Assembly: GCA_039818205.1 (NCBI GenBank)
Contig: JBCBUK010000002.1
Location: 32,001-96,000 of the forward strand
Direction of reading: 5' to 3'
DNA from: Verrucomicrobiota bacterium
GTDB taxonomy: Bacteria > Verrucomicrobiota > Verrucomicrobiia > Opitutales > Cerasicoccaceae
Length of the DNA: 64,000 nt
Shown: in pieces, positions 32,401 to 39,575 of the stretch
Layout: each line of letters opens with the position of its first letter
Position numbering within the stretch: the first letter of the stretch is position 1
Notes under the pieces: model-generated
What the model was told of the DNA's origin: nothing
The model's input: only the letters and a program-made list of their open reading frames with translations
The model's database searches: none
Program-made: the position numbers and the translations under genes

Positions 32401-32837
32401 AAACTGTAACTTTCCCGGCTGGGATATATGTCGGCAACGACGGTGCGCCATTCGGAAACAGTAATTTCCCGCCCGGAGATCGGCGTTTGTTCGATCAACC
32501 TGAGTGGATTGTTAACACCGCGTTAACTTGGAGCAATCCGGATCTCGGATCGACAATCAACATTTCTCTGTTTGCCCAGAGCGACGTGTTGACTGGGGTC
32601 GGGTCGGGATTCGATGTCTCCGGTAGTATCGACCAATACACTGACCAGTTTTATCAGTTGGATCTCTCTTACCAACAACTAATTACGGAAAATTTGGTGC
32701 TGAAATTTGCGATGAAAAACATCACCGATACACCGCGATCGATCATCTATGATCCTTCCCAAACGGCGGGCCGGATCGAGCGTCTTTCTTACCGTATCGG
32801 GCGCGAATATCGTTTGGCGCTGGAATACACGTTCTAA
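29430..32837 (+). CDS. TonB-dependent outer-membrane receptor with N-terminal carboxypeptidase-regulatory-like domain
   Basis: G.V.GQVID..TGE, TDQDGRYRI.DIPAG.Y; TonB-box-like LDDFTVS; plug RIPGV..VRGLSDRY..LDLFP; RPSFREL, GNPNL; C-terminal LEYTF. Confidence 0.93.
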   Translation: MQLTRFFTCFSKALLQSGRFVLTAFLMQCLITTPFVVLPASAQTEQPPAEQEVTPENAGEQGEPPAIQEEQLDQEENLPQGMGSVVGQVIDQDTGEYVGGVRVAVEWPSQQFADFGQNQPQEKLDLTDQDGRYRINDIPAGFYSLVFTKDGYQPIKITDVEVTAGGTTRNDIPFKPASAESAGEVFQLDDFTVSSEALGESGVALEALRKQSAASVDFLTSADFSKYAATDIGDVVNRIPGVVVQDGQFPIVRGLSDRYSSTLINGIPVPSPDPFRQSVQLDLFPTSIMENVVANKTFLPYMPSNSSGANFELATKAFPDEFTVSFKGGVRFNDNAQDVFLRDPSFGTRDLLGYGKSTRPGLPDTDNRASVASSLTNQFGVRFGGSPVGTTLGFSVGDTHEIWNRQVGVVLAASYDSKYTTRIGFQQDRFGTRSGTNPDWRSIPGARPPGIPPGFIPDGTRGGEAFELAFQPGSMYFGRLDATDLNYQTIQSVGTVLVGALAGVSAHLDPEGNNQLSFVTLYSNVATDTVQQRGFGYVPGGGLEWIDSSSGLDVIGGGGTGFVFNEVTQYEERNLTSFQLLGDHNIVQLDDLKINWALSHSKTSADIPHQTDFSYLYDTNPGDQGFYTEVSTDFVPFLTQTWRSIDENLDFARIDLEYDWKFFNDLIGKARAGFFYENASRSVEATLISYNTQVSNSSRFGSVDELINANTNAFNQAGDAGAGTGVGFVSPSTADTTRKIRAAYAMMEFPVTSEVKAIGGARFEQINMFAEGSSGLGFTNNVAFWNQTPPFSGPNSPTNGEILGITNPGAPGVIDTTRTLPAATIIYEPEWAEGLTIRGAFSKTVARPSFRELGPYFELDITTGDLILGNPNLQLSDVQSWDIRVEYNFTDHPGDIIAASVFYKDVNQPIEKVILYDKVARQSVQSWFNNPDRAVIKGVELEVAKNLGVFAPELEDFSISANFSLIDASVGYPESIANSYIAENSVRLGGQTVTFPAGIYVGNDGAPFGNSNFPPGDRRLFDQPEWIVNTALTWSNPDLGSTINISLFAQSDVLTGVGSGFDVSGSIDQYTDQFYQLDLSYQQLITENLVLKFAMKNITDTPRSIIYDPSQTAGRIERLSYRIGREYRLALEYTF

Positions 32838-32854
32838 AGTCCCGTTTATGTCTG

Positions 32855-32893
32855 TTGTGACTGAATTGTTACATGGCTGACGCGACTGCGACG
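32855..32893 (+). promoter_or_regulatory. Pho-box-like direct repeats upstream of the secreted beta-helix-like gene
   Basis: ttGTGACT(32857)/ttGTTACA(32868) 11 bp apart; weaker pair CTGACG(32877)/GCGACG(32888). Confidence 0.5.
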
Positions 32894-32950
32894 CATAAAT
32901 CATTTAGATTCTTAGACCTACGACCTTTACGTCGAATCCCTTAACTCAAA

Positions 32951-34573
32951 ATGAAACTCAAGATTGCCATACCATTCATTGGCAGTGCCCTAGCGGTCTC
33001 CTCCGTTTTCGGTGCTGTTGTTTCTCTAACGCCGACCAATTTCCCAACCGAAATTGCTCTAACTGGATCTGAACCAGACGTTTACGAAATCACCGCTGAC
33101 CTGACTCTCACTGCTGCTGACGAGTATATCATCGAAGCTGCTACTTTCGTAACTAACGGTGCTACCTTGACCATCGAAGCGGACACCATCGTTCGTGGTC
33201 AGCCTCTCTACACGCCTGTCGGTAACACCAACGCGAACACCAGCGCTTTGGTTATCACCCAAGACGGCTTCATCGAAGCTAACGGAACACCTTCGCAGCC
33301 AATCATTTTCACCACTGCGGCTGACACTAACCGCACTGAGTGGACTGCAGGTGACACTTTCTTGGACGCAACTCCAGATACCGCTCCTTTGGCTCCAACT
33401 ACCGGTGCAGTTCCTAACACGGGTCTCTGGGGTGGTGTCATCCTCCTCGGCGAAGCTCCAACTAACTTGGACGGTTCCCTGGCTTCTCCAGCAAACCTTT
33501 CCGTTCCAGTTGGTAACATCGAAGGTCTTCCACAAGACTCCCGCACTATTTACGGTGGTTTGAATCCAAACGACACTTCCGGTTCGATGTCTTTCGTTTC
33601 GATCCGCCACAACGGTATCGAAATCTCCGCTGGTAACGAGCTCCAAGGCTTGACCCTCGGTGGTGTTGGCCTCGGAACAGACCTCAACAACGTTGAAGTT
33701 TACTGCTCGGCTGACGACGGTATCGAAATCTTCGGTGGCACCGTTGCTATCAAGAACTTCATGATCAGCTACGCTGACGACGATAGCCTCGACATGGACC
33801 AAGGTTATGCTGGTCTTCTTCAGTTCGGTTTCATCGTCCAAGACGAAACTGACGTTGTTGGTGGTGACCACGGTTTTGAGTGGGACGGTGACGACTTCGA
33901 TGAGAACCCATCCAATGTTTCTCTGACCGGTCTTCCATTGTGCTACCCAACCATCTACAACATGACCTTGTTTGGTGACCGCACTGATGGTGCTAACGAC
34001 GACGCACTTCGCATCCGCAACGGCGGTGGAGGTAACCTCTTCAACTCGATCGTCGCTTACTATCCATCGAACATCACCAACTTGGCTATCGACAATCCAG
34101 GTGCAGGTAACGCAGGTTTCGAAGATTCCGGTGATCGTGTTGGTTCCGGTACGTTGAACCTCGCTGGTGTCGTATTCTACGAAGTTAGCGGCAACACCGC
34201 AGCGACGATCTCCACCAACACCATCGGTGAAGACGTCATCAACAACAACACCACGAACGCTCCTGGTGCTTCGTTGAACCAAGTCATCGCTTCCGGCGCA
34301 GGCACCGATCCATTCTTCGGTTTCTTCGTCGGTGGTAACGGTAACGACCGCACCATCGGTGGTAACGCCCTGAACCCAGCTCCAGTTAACGGTGCCGCTT
34401 TCGGTGCAGCTAACTCGGTTGCTGTTACCAGCACGTTCTTCACCGACGTTTCCTTCGTAGGTGCTTTCGAGCCAGGTAACCCAAATGGCCTCCTCTTCAC
34501 CACCGGTTGGACCGCAATGAACATCGCTGGCACGCTAGTTGACGCTGCTTCCGGCGCTGTCATCGTGCCTTAA
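32951..34573 (+). CDS. Secreted acidic beta-helix-like protein of a TBDR-associated family
   Basis: Signal peptide; A.GTPSQPIIFT, GLWGGVILLGEAP, D.SG.M.FVSIRH.G, NELQGLTLGGVG.GT, DDGIEIFGGTV, DDDSLD.D.GY, ends F..GWT. Confidence 0.85.
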   Translation: MKLKIAIPFIGSALAVSSVFGAVVSLTPTNFPTEIALTGSEPDVYEITADLTLTAADEYIIEAATFVTNGATLTIEADTIVRGQPLYTPVGNTNANTSALVITQDGFIEANGTPSQPIIFTTAADTNRTEWTAGDTFLDATPDTAPLAPTTGAVPNTGLWGGVILLGEAPTNLDGSLASPANLSVPVGNIEGLPQDSRTIYGGLNPNDTSGSMSFVSIRHNGIEISAGNELQGLTLGGVGLGTDLNNVEVYCSADDGIEIFGGTVAIKNFMISYADDDSLDMDQGYAGLLQFGFIVQDETDVVGGDHGFEWDGDDFDENPSNVSLTGLPLCYPTIYNMTLFGDRTDGANDDALRIRNGGGGNLFNSIVAYYPSNITNLAIDNPGAGNAGFEDSGDRVGSGTLNLAGVVFYEVSGNTAATISTNTIGEDVINNNTTNAPGASLNQVIASGAGTDPFFGFFVGGNGNDRTIGGNALNPAPVNGAAFGAANSVAVTSTFFTDVSFVGAFEPGNPNGLLFTTGWTAMNIAGTLVDAASGAVIVP

Positions 34574-34617
34574 TTCGGTTAGAATTAGATATAAGACTCG
34601 TTTTTAATGATTTGACA

Positions 34618-34648
34618 GTCGGTCTGGTGGCAATTCCACTAGACCGAC
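34618..34648 (+). other. Intercistronic 13-bp stem-loop without U-tract
   Basis: GTCGGTCTGGTGG-caatt-CCACTAGACCGAC. Confidence 0.7.
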
Positions 34649-34676
34649 GCTCAAAGCCAAAACAACATTTTCTCTA

Positions 34677-35423
34677 ATGAAAAAGCTTATCATCTCTGCG
34701 ACTGCTATCGCAGCAATGTCGATCTCCGCTCAAGCAGCTAGCTTGATCGTCGGTTTTGATTTCTCCGGTTTGGCCGTTGGTGCGGGTAACCTGCCAGGCA
34801 ATTACGCTGGAAACGTTTCCGAAGTCACTGGTAACGGTGGTGCAAACAGCAACGGCACCGTATACTGGGATGGTTCTTTCGGTTCGTCCGTCGTTCCTAT
34901 CACTGGTTTCGCCGCTGTTTATCAAGCTGCTTCGATTAGCTTGACCTCGAACGAGACTCTCCAAAACGGCATCGATACCTTCGCTGCGATCAACGGCACC
35001 AGCCCGAAGCTCCAAGGTACCACGATTAACGGTTTTGGCAGCATCTCGGACAACATCATCGTTTTCGAAGTTGCTCAAGGTGGTCAAAACTACGAGAACG
35101 TTTTCGTTTCTTATGCAGGGATTGCCTCTGAAGCAACGACCCTCAGCTGGTCCTACAGCCTCGACGGTAACACCTACACACCAGTAGAAACCGACAACAT
35201 CGGTACCGGTGACTCGCCTTACACCACTGCTTTCCCAGCACTCGACGGTGTAAGCGGCACGTTCTACCTGTCTGCTGAGTATGGCACCGTTAATTCCGGT
35301 CAAACGATCTCGATCGATAACATCCAGATCGCTGGTGACGTTATCGTTCCTGAGCCTTCGACTTACGCAATGATTGCTGGTCTCGCAGTTCTCGGCTTGG
35401 CTTACATCCGCCGCCGCCGTTAA
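34677..35423 (+). CDS. PEP-CTERM sorting-domain surface protein
   Basis: Signal peptide MKKLII..AQA; C-terminal VPEPSTYAMIAGLAVLGLAYIRRRR. Confidence 0.95.
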   Translation: MKKLIISATAIAAMSISAQAASLIVGFDFSGLAVGAGNLPGNYAGNVSEVTGNGGANSNGTVYWDGSFGSSVVPITGFAAVYQAASISLTSNETLQNGIDTFAAINGTSPKLQGTTINGFGSISDNIIVFEVAQGGQNYENVFVSYAGIASEATTLSWSYSLDGNTYTPVETDNIGTGDSPYTTAFPALDGVSGTFYLSAEYGTVNSGQTISIDNIQIAGDVIVPEPSTYAMIAGLAVLGLAYIRRRR

Positions 35424-35453
35424 TTGCTAGATAAAGCATCTTTAAACGCTTTC

Positions 35454-35490
35454 AAAAGCGCTCCTCGGTTGAGGGGCGCTTTTTTGTTTT
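35454..35490 (+). terminator. Rho-independent terminator
   Basis: AAAAGCGCTCCTC-ggtt-GAGGGGCGCTTTT then TTGTTTT. Confidence 0.88.
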
Positions 35491-35573
35491 GATGCATCGT
35501 CCGACCTCGGTAAGTCTTTGCAAGCTAGGTGCTTGTGGTTGGTTTCATGGTTCTCGTGACGAGCGGGTTCTTT

Positions 35574-35605
35574 TTGTCATAGAAACGTTACACATGTTTG
35601 TCACA
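35574..35605 (+). promoter_or_regulatory. Pho-box-like element upstream of 35639
   Basis: TTGTCATAGAAACGTTACA (GTCATA 35576 / GTTACA 35587, 11 bp apart), close to the E. coli CTGTCAT-A(A/T)A(T/A)-CTGT(C/A)A(C/T) consensus; extra TTGTCACA at 35598. Confidence 0.6.
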
Positions 35606-35638
35606 ATTGATTGGACCCCGCATTGTTAATCGCTTGCT

Positions 35639-36388
35639 ATGTGGGCCATGATCATCGGTTTCCGCAAATCCGCTGTCGTTGGACTCATGGCACTTGCTAT
35701 CGGAACGTCTGCTGTCTGTGCCCAGGCCGATTCGAGTGACTCGGTTGCATCATCCCAAGGGGTGAAGTTCGATATGGATCCCACCAAGACTGGTCTCGAT
35801 TACCTGAATTATATCGATGATTATTCGGTCAAGCGGGGGACATCGACTGCGGGAGCGATCTCAGGAGTCGGTGCGAGCGAAGCGACTTCAGTGGGGCAGG
35901 GCCGAAGCGATAAAGATCATCCCAAGCCGCTATTACCCGCGGTAACGGCCGTTCGAGCGCTGGATTATGGCGCGGCGCACGCCGTTGCAGTCGTCTTGTT
36001 GCCACTTTCGATGAGTGGAGATGCGCTTGAGTTTGATCGATCCGATAAGTTCATGACTAACCGACCAGTGGGTCGCCGTTCTGGAAGCGGAACTGCGGCT
36101 ACACGCGAAATGGGCACCGTTGTTTTTGAATCGGCAGCGTTGGCGGCCCCCGAAGGTGGCGAGAGCGTCGATCGCACAACACGGTCGCGCTCTTCGGGTA
36201 GCGTGGCGAGTAGTCGAAACACGCTTTTCCAGTTCCCGATGCCCGATGAGACGACCTTAGAAGTTTCTGGATATGAGACGGCATTGCCGGAAAAACAGAA
36301 CGCCAATCGTGCGACGAGCCGATCGAGCCGCGGCGGCGGTCGTGGCAACGGACGAAATTTGTATCCAGCCCATCCCGAGCGCCCTTAA
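35639..36388 (+). CDS. Hypothetical secreted protein, low complexity
   Basis: Signal-peptide-like N-terminus (..AVCA/QADS); S/R/G-rich. Confidence 0.55.
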   Translation: MWAMIIGFRKSAVVGLMALAIGTSAVCAQADSSDSVASSQGVKFDMDPTKTGLDYLNYIDDYSVKRGTSTAGAISGVGASEATSVGQGRSDKDHPKPLLPAVTAVRALDYGAAHAVAVVLLPLSMSGDALEFDRSDKFMTNRPVGRRSGSGTAATREMGTVVFESAALAAPEGGESVDRTTRSRSSGSVASSRNTLFQFPMPDETTLEVSGYETALPEKQNANRATSRSSRGGGRGNGRNLYPAHPERP

Positions 36389-36519
36389 TTTGGCGCTAAT
36401 TGGAGTGTTGGTTGAAAATTAGGCCAGCTTCTAAGCTTCTTAATAAAATGTTCTGGATGCACTCCTGAAAATCCAGCATCCTTTGACGTTATTCCCCCTT
36501 GACCGGGAGAGATAACGCT

Positions 36520-38145
36520 ATGTTGGTTTCAATTATCCTCATCTCCGCTGTCGTCCTCGCTGTTGGTTACCGCATCTATGGACGGTTCCTTTGTCGCCGT
36601 TGTCAGATCGACGATTCTCGTAAGACTCCAGCCCATGAGTTCGAAGACGGGGTTGATTTTGTTCCCACGAGCGCACCGATGGTATTTGGGCACCACTTTT
36701 CTTCGATCGCAGGTGCCGGGCCAATTGTAGGACCGATCCTAGCGACCATGTATTTCGGATGGGGTCCAACCTGGATCTGGATTCTTATCGGTGCCATCTT
36801 GTTTGGCGGCGTGCACGATTTCGGCAGCATGCTAATGTCCCTCCGGAATGGTGGCCGCACGATCACCGAGATCACTAAGACGGTCATCGGCAAACAGACA
36901 GCGCGCTATTTCCGCATCTTTTTGGTTCTGGCGCTGGTCTACGTGATTATTGTCTTTCTGGATCTAACCTCGAGCACCTTCGCCGGGACGCCTGCCGTAG
37001 CCACGGCTTCGGGTTGGTTCATCTTTTGTGCCGTTGGGCTCGGATTGGTTCTCCGGTGGAAGGGCCTCTCGATGCCCGTTACCTTGGCGATTTTCATTCC
37101 GCTGACTTTCGCTGGATTGGCCCTGGGCCATTATTTGCCGGCAGAGGGCGTTCCGAAGAATGCCTGGTTGGCCATGATTCTGATTTATTGCTTCGTGGCC
37201 TCGGTGTTGCCGGTCAATACGCTGCTGCAACCGCGAGATTTTTTGAGCTCCCTGTTCCTCTATGCGATGATGTTTCTGGGGCTAGTCGGGCTCTTGTTCT
37301 CGGGGCAGAGCATCGAAGCGCCGTTTTTCGCGGGACTAAATACGGACAAAGCGAATCCGGGGTTTCTCTTTCCCGTTCTCTTTGTCACGGTGGCCTGTGG
37401 AGCCTGCAGTGGATTCCACAGTCTGGTAGCGAGTGGGACTACCTCAAAGCAGGTCAATCGAGAACGTGATGCCATTCCTTTGTCCTACGGGGCAATGTTG
37501 GTCGAAGGATTCCTTGCTGTATTTGCTCTAGCGACCGTCGCGATTCTCAGCACTCAGGATTTAAGTGGAAAGACAGCGGTTGGTATTTTCGCCACCGGAT
37601 CTGCGGTGTTCATGAGCACCTTGGGTATTCCCCAATCGCTGGGTGCCGAGTTTACGGCTTTGACGGTAAGCACCTTCCTCTTGACGACCTTGGACACGTC
37701 GACGCGGTTGACGCGCTTCTTGATTCAGGAGATGTTTGAATGGGAGGGCGATGCTAGCCGTTATTTGGGAACCTTTCTTGTTTTGCTGATTCCCGGGGTT
37801 TTTGCCTTTCAGACCTTTGACGGCCAGCCGGCCTGGAAAGTCATTTGGCCACTGTTCGGAGCAACGAATCAAATGATGGCAGGACTTGCACTGGTGACCT
37901 TTGTCGTCTTCCTCAAGGATCGCAGTATCGCCTTCAAATTTGCGCTTTTTCCTGCGCTTTTCATGATGCTTAGTCCGCTGACGGCGCTGGTCTTCATGGC
38001 CATGGATTCCGAATTGGGCATCTTTTTGCAGTCAATCAGCGTTGGGATGTTCATCCTGGGCATTTTCGTTGCTGGTATGTCCCTGAAGTTCCTCTTGCAG
38101 TCGCACTCGCCCGTTCGAAGTCCGGTCTCATCGGAGGCCAACTAG
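36520..38145 (+). CDS. cstA: Carbon starvation protein A family transporter
   Basis: TPAHEFEDGVDFVPT, GHHFSSIAGAGPIVGP, ACGACSGFHSL, WPLFGATNQ. Confidence 0.93.
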   Translation: MLVSIILISAVVLAVGYRIYGRFLCRRCQIDDSRKTPAHEFEDGVDFVPTSAPMVFGHHFSSIAGAGPIVGPILATMYFGWGPTWIWILIGAILFGGVHDFGSMLMSLRNGGRTITEITKTVIGKQTARYFRIFLVLALVYVIIVFLDLTSSTFAGTPAVATASGWFIFCAVGLGLVLRWKGLSMPVTLAIFIPLTFAGLALGHYLPAEGVPKNAWLAMILIYCFVASVLPVNTLLQPRDFLSSLFLYAMMFLGLVGLLFSGQSIEAPFFAGLNTDKANPGFLFPVLFVTVACGACSGFHSLVASGTTSKQVNRERDAIPLSYGAMLVEGFLAVFALATVAILSTQDLSGKTAVGIFATGSAVFMSTLGIPQSLGAEFTALTVSTFLLTTLDTSTRLTRFLIQEMFEWEGDASRYLGTFLVLLIPGVFAFQTFDGQPAWKVIWPLFGATNQMMAGLALVTFVVFLKDRSIAFKFALFPALFMMLSPLTALVFMAMDSELGIFLQSISVGMFILGIFVAGMSLKFLLQSHSPVRSPVSSEAN

Positions 38146-38168
38146 CTGCCCGGAATTATCGTTACGGC

Positions 38169-38624
38169 CTAGCTTTGGGCTGCGTGAGCCAGAAATCTAC
38201 GGACGAGCAGGTAAATTCCGGGCTCCTCGCTTTCCCTGGGACCGGCAATGTTGACGAGCGTGGGTTTATTATGCTGGAACAAAAACTTTAGTTGAGCGAT
38301 CTGAGGAGTGAGATTCCTACCCAGGACTAGATGCAGGTTAGGGCGTTGGTATTTGTGGGCGAAATCTAGGGTCGTCGCAGTGCCGCCGCAGACGGCTTCC
38401 ATGCTCGAAAATATGAGGGTGCAATCGCTGTCGCGTACGTTCCATTCGGTTCGTTGAATTGCTTCGCTGCCCGGGGTCTCAACGAGCGGATAACGCATGG
38501 ATATTGGTCCGTCTTCGGCCCAGCGGTTGCGGGGACACTAGCCGGCGATTGGGAGATTTGAGTCCAAGCCAAAATCTAGGGCCGCTCGGTCAGCGCCAGT
38601 TTGCCCGCCGCTCATTATCCACAT
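38169..38624 (-). pseudogene. Putative molybdenum-carrier (MoCo_carrier/YpsA SLOG-like) gene interrupted by an in-frame TAG
   Basis: ATG 38624: MWIMSGGQTGADRAALDFG...IAG*CPRNRWAEDGPI.MRYPL.ET...RTEWNVRDSD.TL...NIAGPRESEEPGIY; stop codon at 38538-38540. Confidence 0.8.
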
Positions 38625-38850
38625 GGAATCGAAAATCACGGATCAAACTGTTGGGATTAAGGCCTGATAAACAACTATATAGGTGGCCATTTGCCCTCCA
38701 TGGGGCAATCAAATATGAGTGGTTAACCGAGCTTTTACCCTAAGAGTTCGTCCTTGCCAGCGGGGACATTGTGGTCAAGGTTGGAGAACGTTTTTAATGG
38801 GAAACGTTCTTTTCTGCGAAATATGCAGGGGGAGCCGCCTCGCTAAAGAC

Positions 38851-38901
38851 TCAGGCAGACTGCCTGAAGTGAGCTTAGTTCGGGGCGCCGGAGCTGAGTT
38901 C
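38851..38901 (+). promoter_or_regulatory. Structured 5' leader of the RRM gene (two hairpins)
   Basis: TCAGGCAG/CTGCCTGA and GAGCTTAGTTCGG-ggcg-CCGGAGCTGAGTTC (G-U pairs favour the + strand). Confidence 0.45.
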
Positions 38902-38940
38902 TGTACCTCACCGGCGCTGAACAAGAAAAGAATTAAGACA

Positions 38941-39360
38941 GTGGACATCTACGTTGGGAACATTCCCTACGATCTCTCAGACGACGAACTGATGGGCATC
39001 TTCGGCGCACACGGCGAAGTTGTATCAGCTAAAGTCATTATCGACCGTGAAACTGGCCGCTCCAAGGGCTTTGCTTTCGTTTCAATGGCAAACGAAGACG
39101 AAGCCAATGCGGCAGTTGAAGCATTGAATGGTGCGGATATTGGCGGTCGGCCAGCTAAGGTAAACATCGCTCGCCCACGCGAGGAGCGTCCTCCTCGCCG
39201 TGACTTCGGTGGCGGCGGCGGCGGTGGTTTTAATCGCGGCGGCGGTGGCGGCGGCGGTTTTAATCGCGGCGGCGGCGGTGGCGGCGGTGGCGGTTTTCGT
39301 CGTCGTGAAGGCGGAGGCGGCGGCGGTCAGAGCCGTGGTCGTGATCGACGCCCTTACTAG
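38941..39360 (+). CDS. RRM RNA-binding protein with Gly/Arg-rich tail
   Basis: GTG start at 38941; RNP2 IYVGNI, RNP1 KGFAFVSM; (G7-9)F[N/R]R repeats. Confidence 0.93.
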   Translation: MDIYVGNIPYDLSDDELMGIFGAHGEVVSAKVIIDRETGRSKGFAFVSMANEDEANAAVEALNGADIGGRPAKVNIARPREERPPRRDFGGGGGGGFNRGGGGGGGFNRGGGGGGGGGFRRREGGGGGGQSRGRDRRPY

Positions 39361-39459
39361 TGCTATTACTACGCCAGCTATGAGTAGCTGTTTTCGCGGC
39401 GGACCCCAGGCCTTATCCGACTCCGCCAAAAACCCTGATTGAACGAAAATTTGGTTTTG

Positions 39460-39490
39460 AAACGCCGACCTGCGGGTCGGCGTTTTTTTT
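39460..39490 (+). terminator. Rho-independent terminator
   Basis: AAACGCCGACC-tgcg-GGTCGGCG followed by T8. Confidence 0.9.
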
Positions 39491-39575
39491 GACCAGTCTT
39501 ATTCCCCGGCTTCCAGTGGGTATACTTTGCGGTGGATATTGTAATTGGAGACCACCCGTATGCAGTCTATTGTAA

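Noticed and set aside
33059..34282. 407-aa antisense ORF (and 34674..35303) opposite the beta-helix and PEP-CTERM genes
   Set aside because: Shadow frame created by the strong codon bias of the sense genes; V/T/S-rich with no motifs.
38538..38540. Pyrrolysine or genome-wide amber recoding
   Set aside because: TAG is the normal stop for many genes here (carB, gltX, xseA, floA); the site aligns to Trp; no pyl genes in the window.
38719..38940. 74-aa N-terminal extension of the RRM ORF
   Set aside because: RRM proteins of this type start at MDIYVGN (GTG 38941); the upstream part looks like a structured leader.
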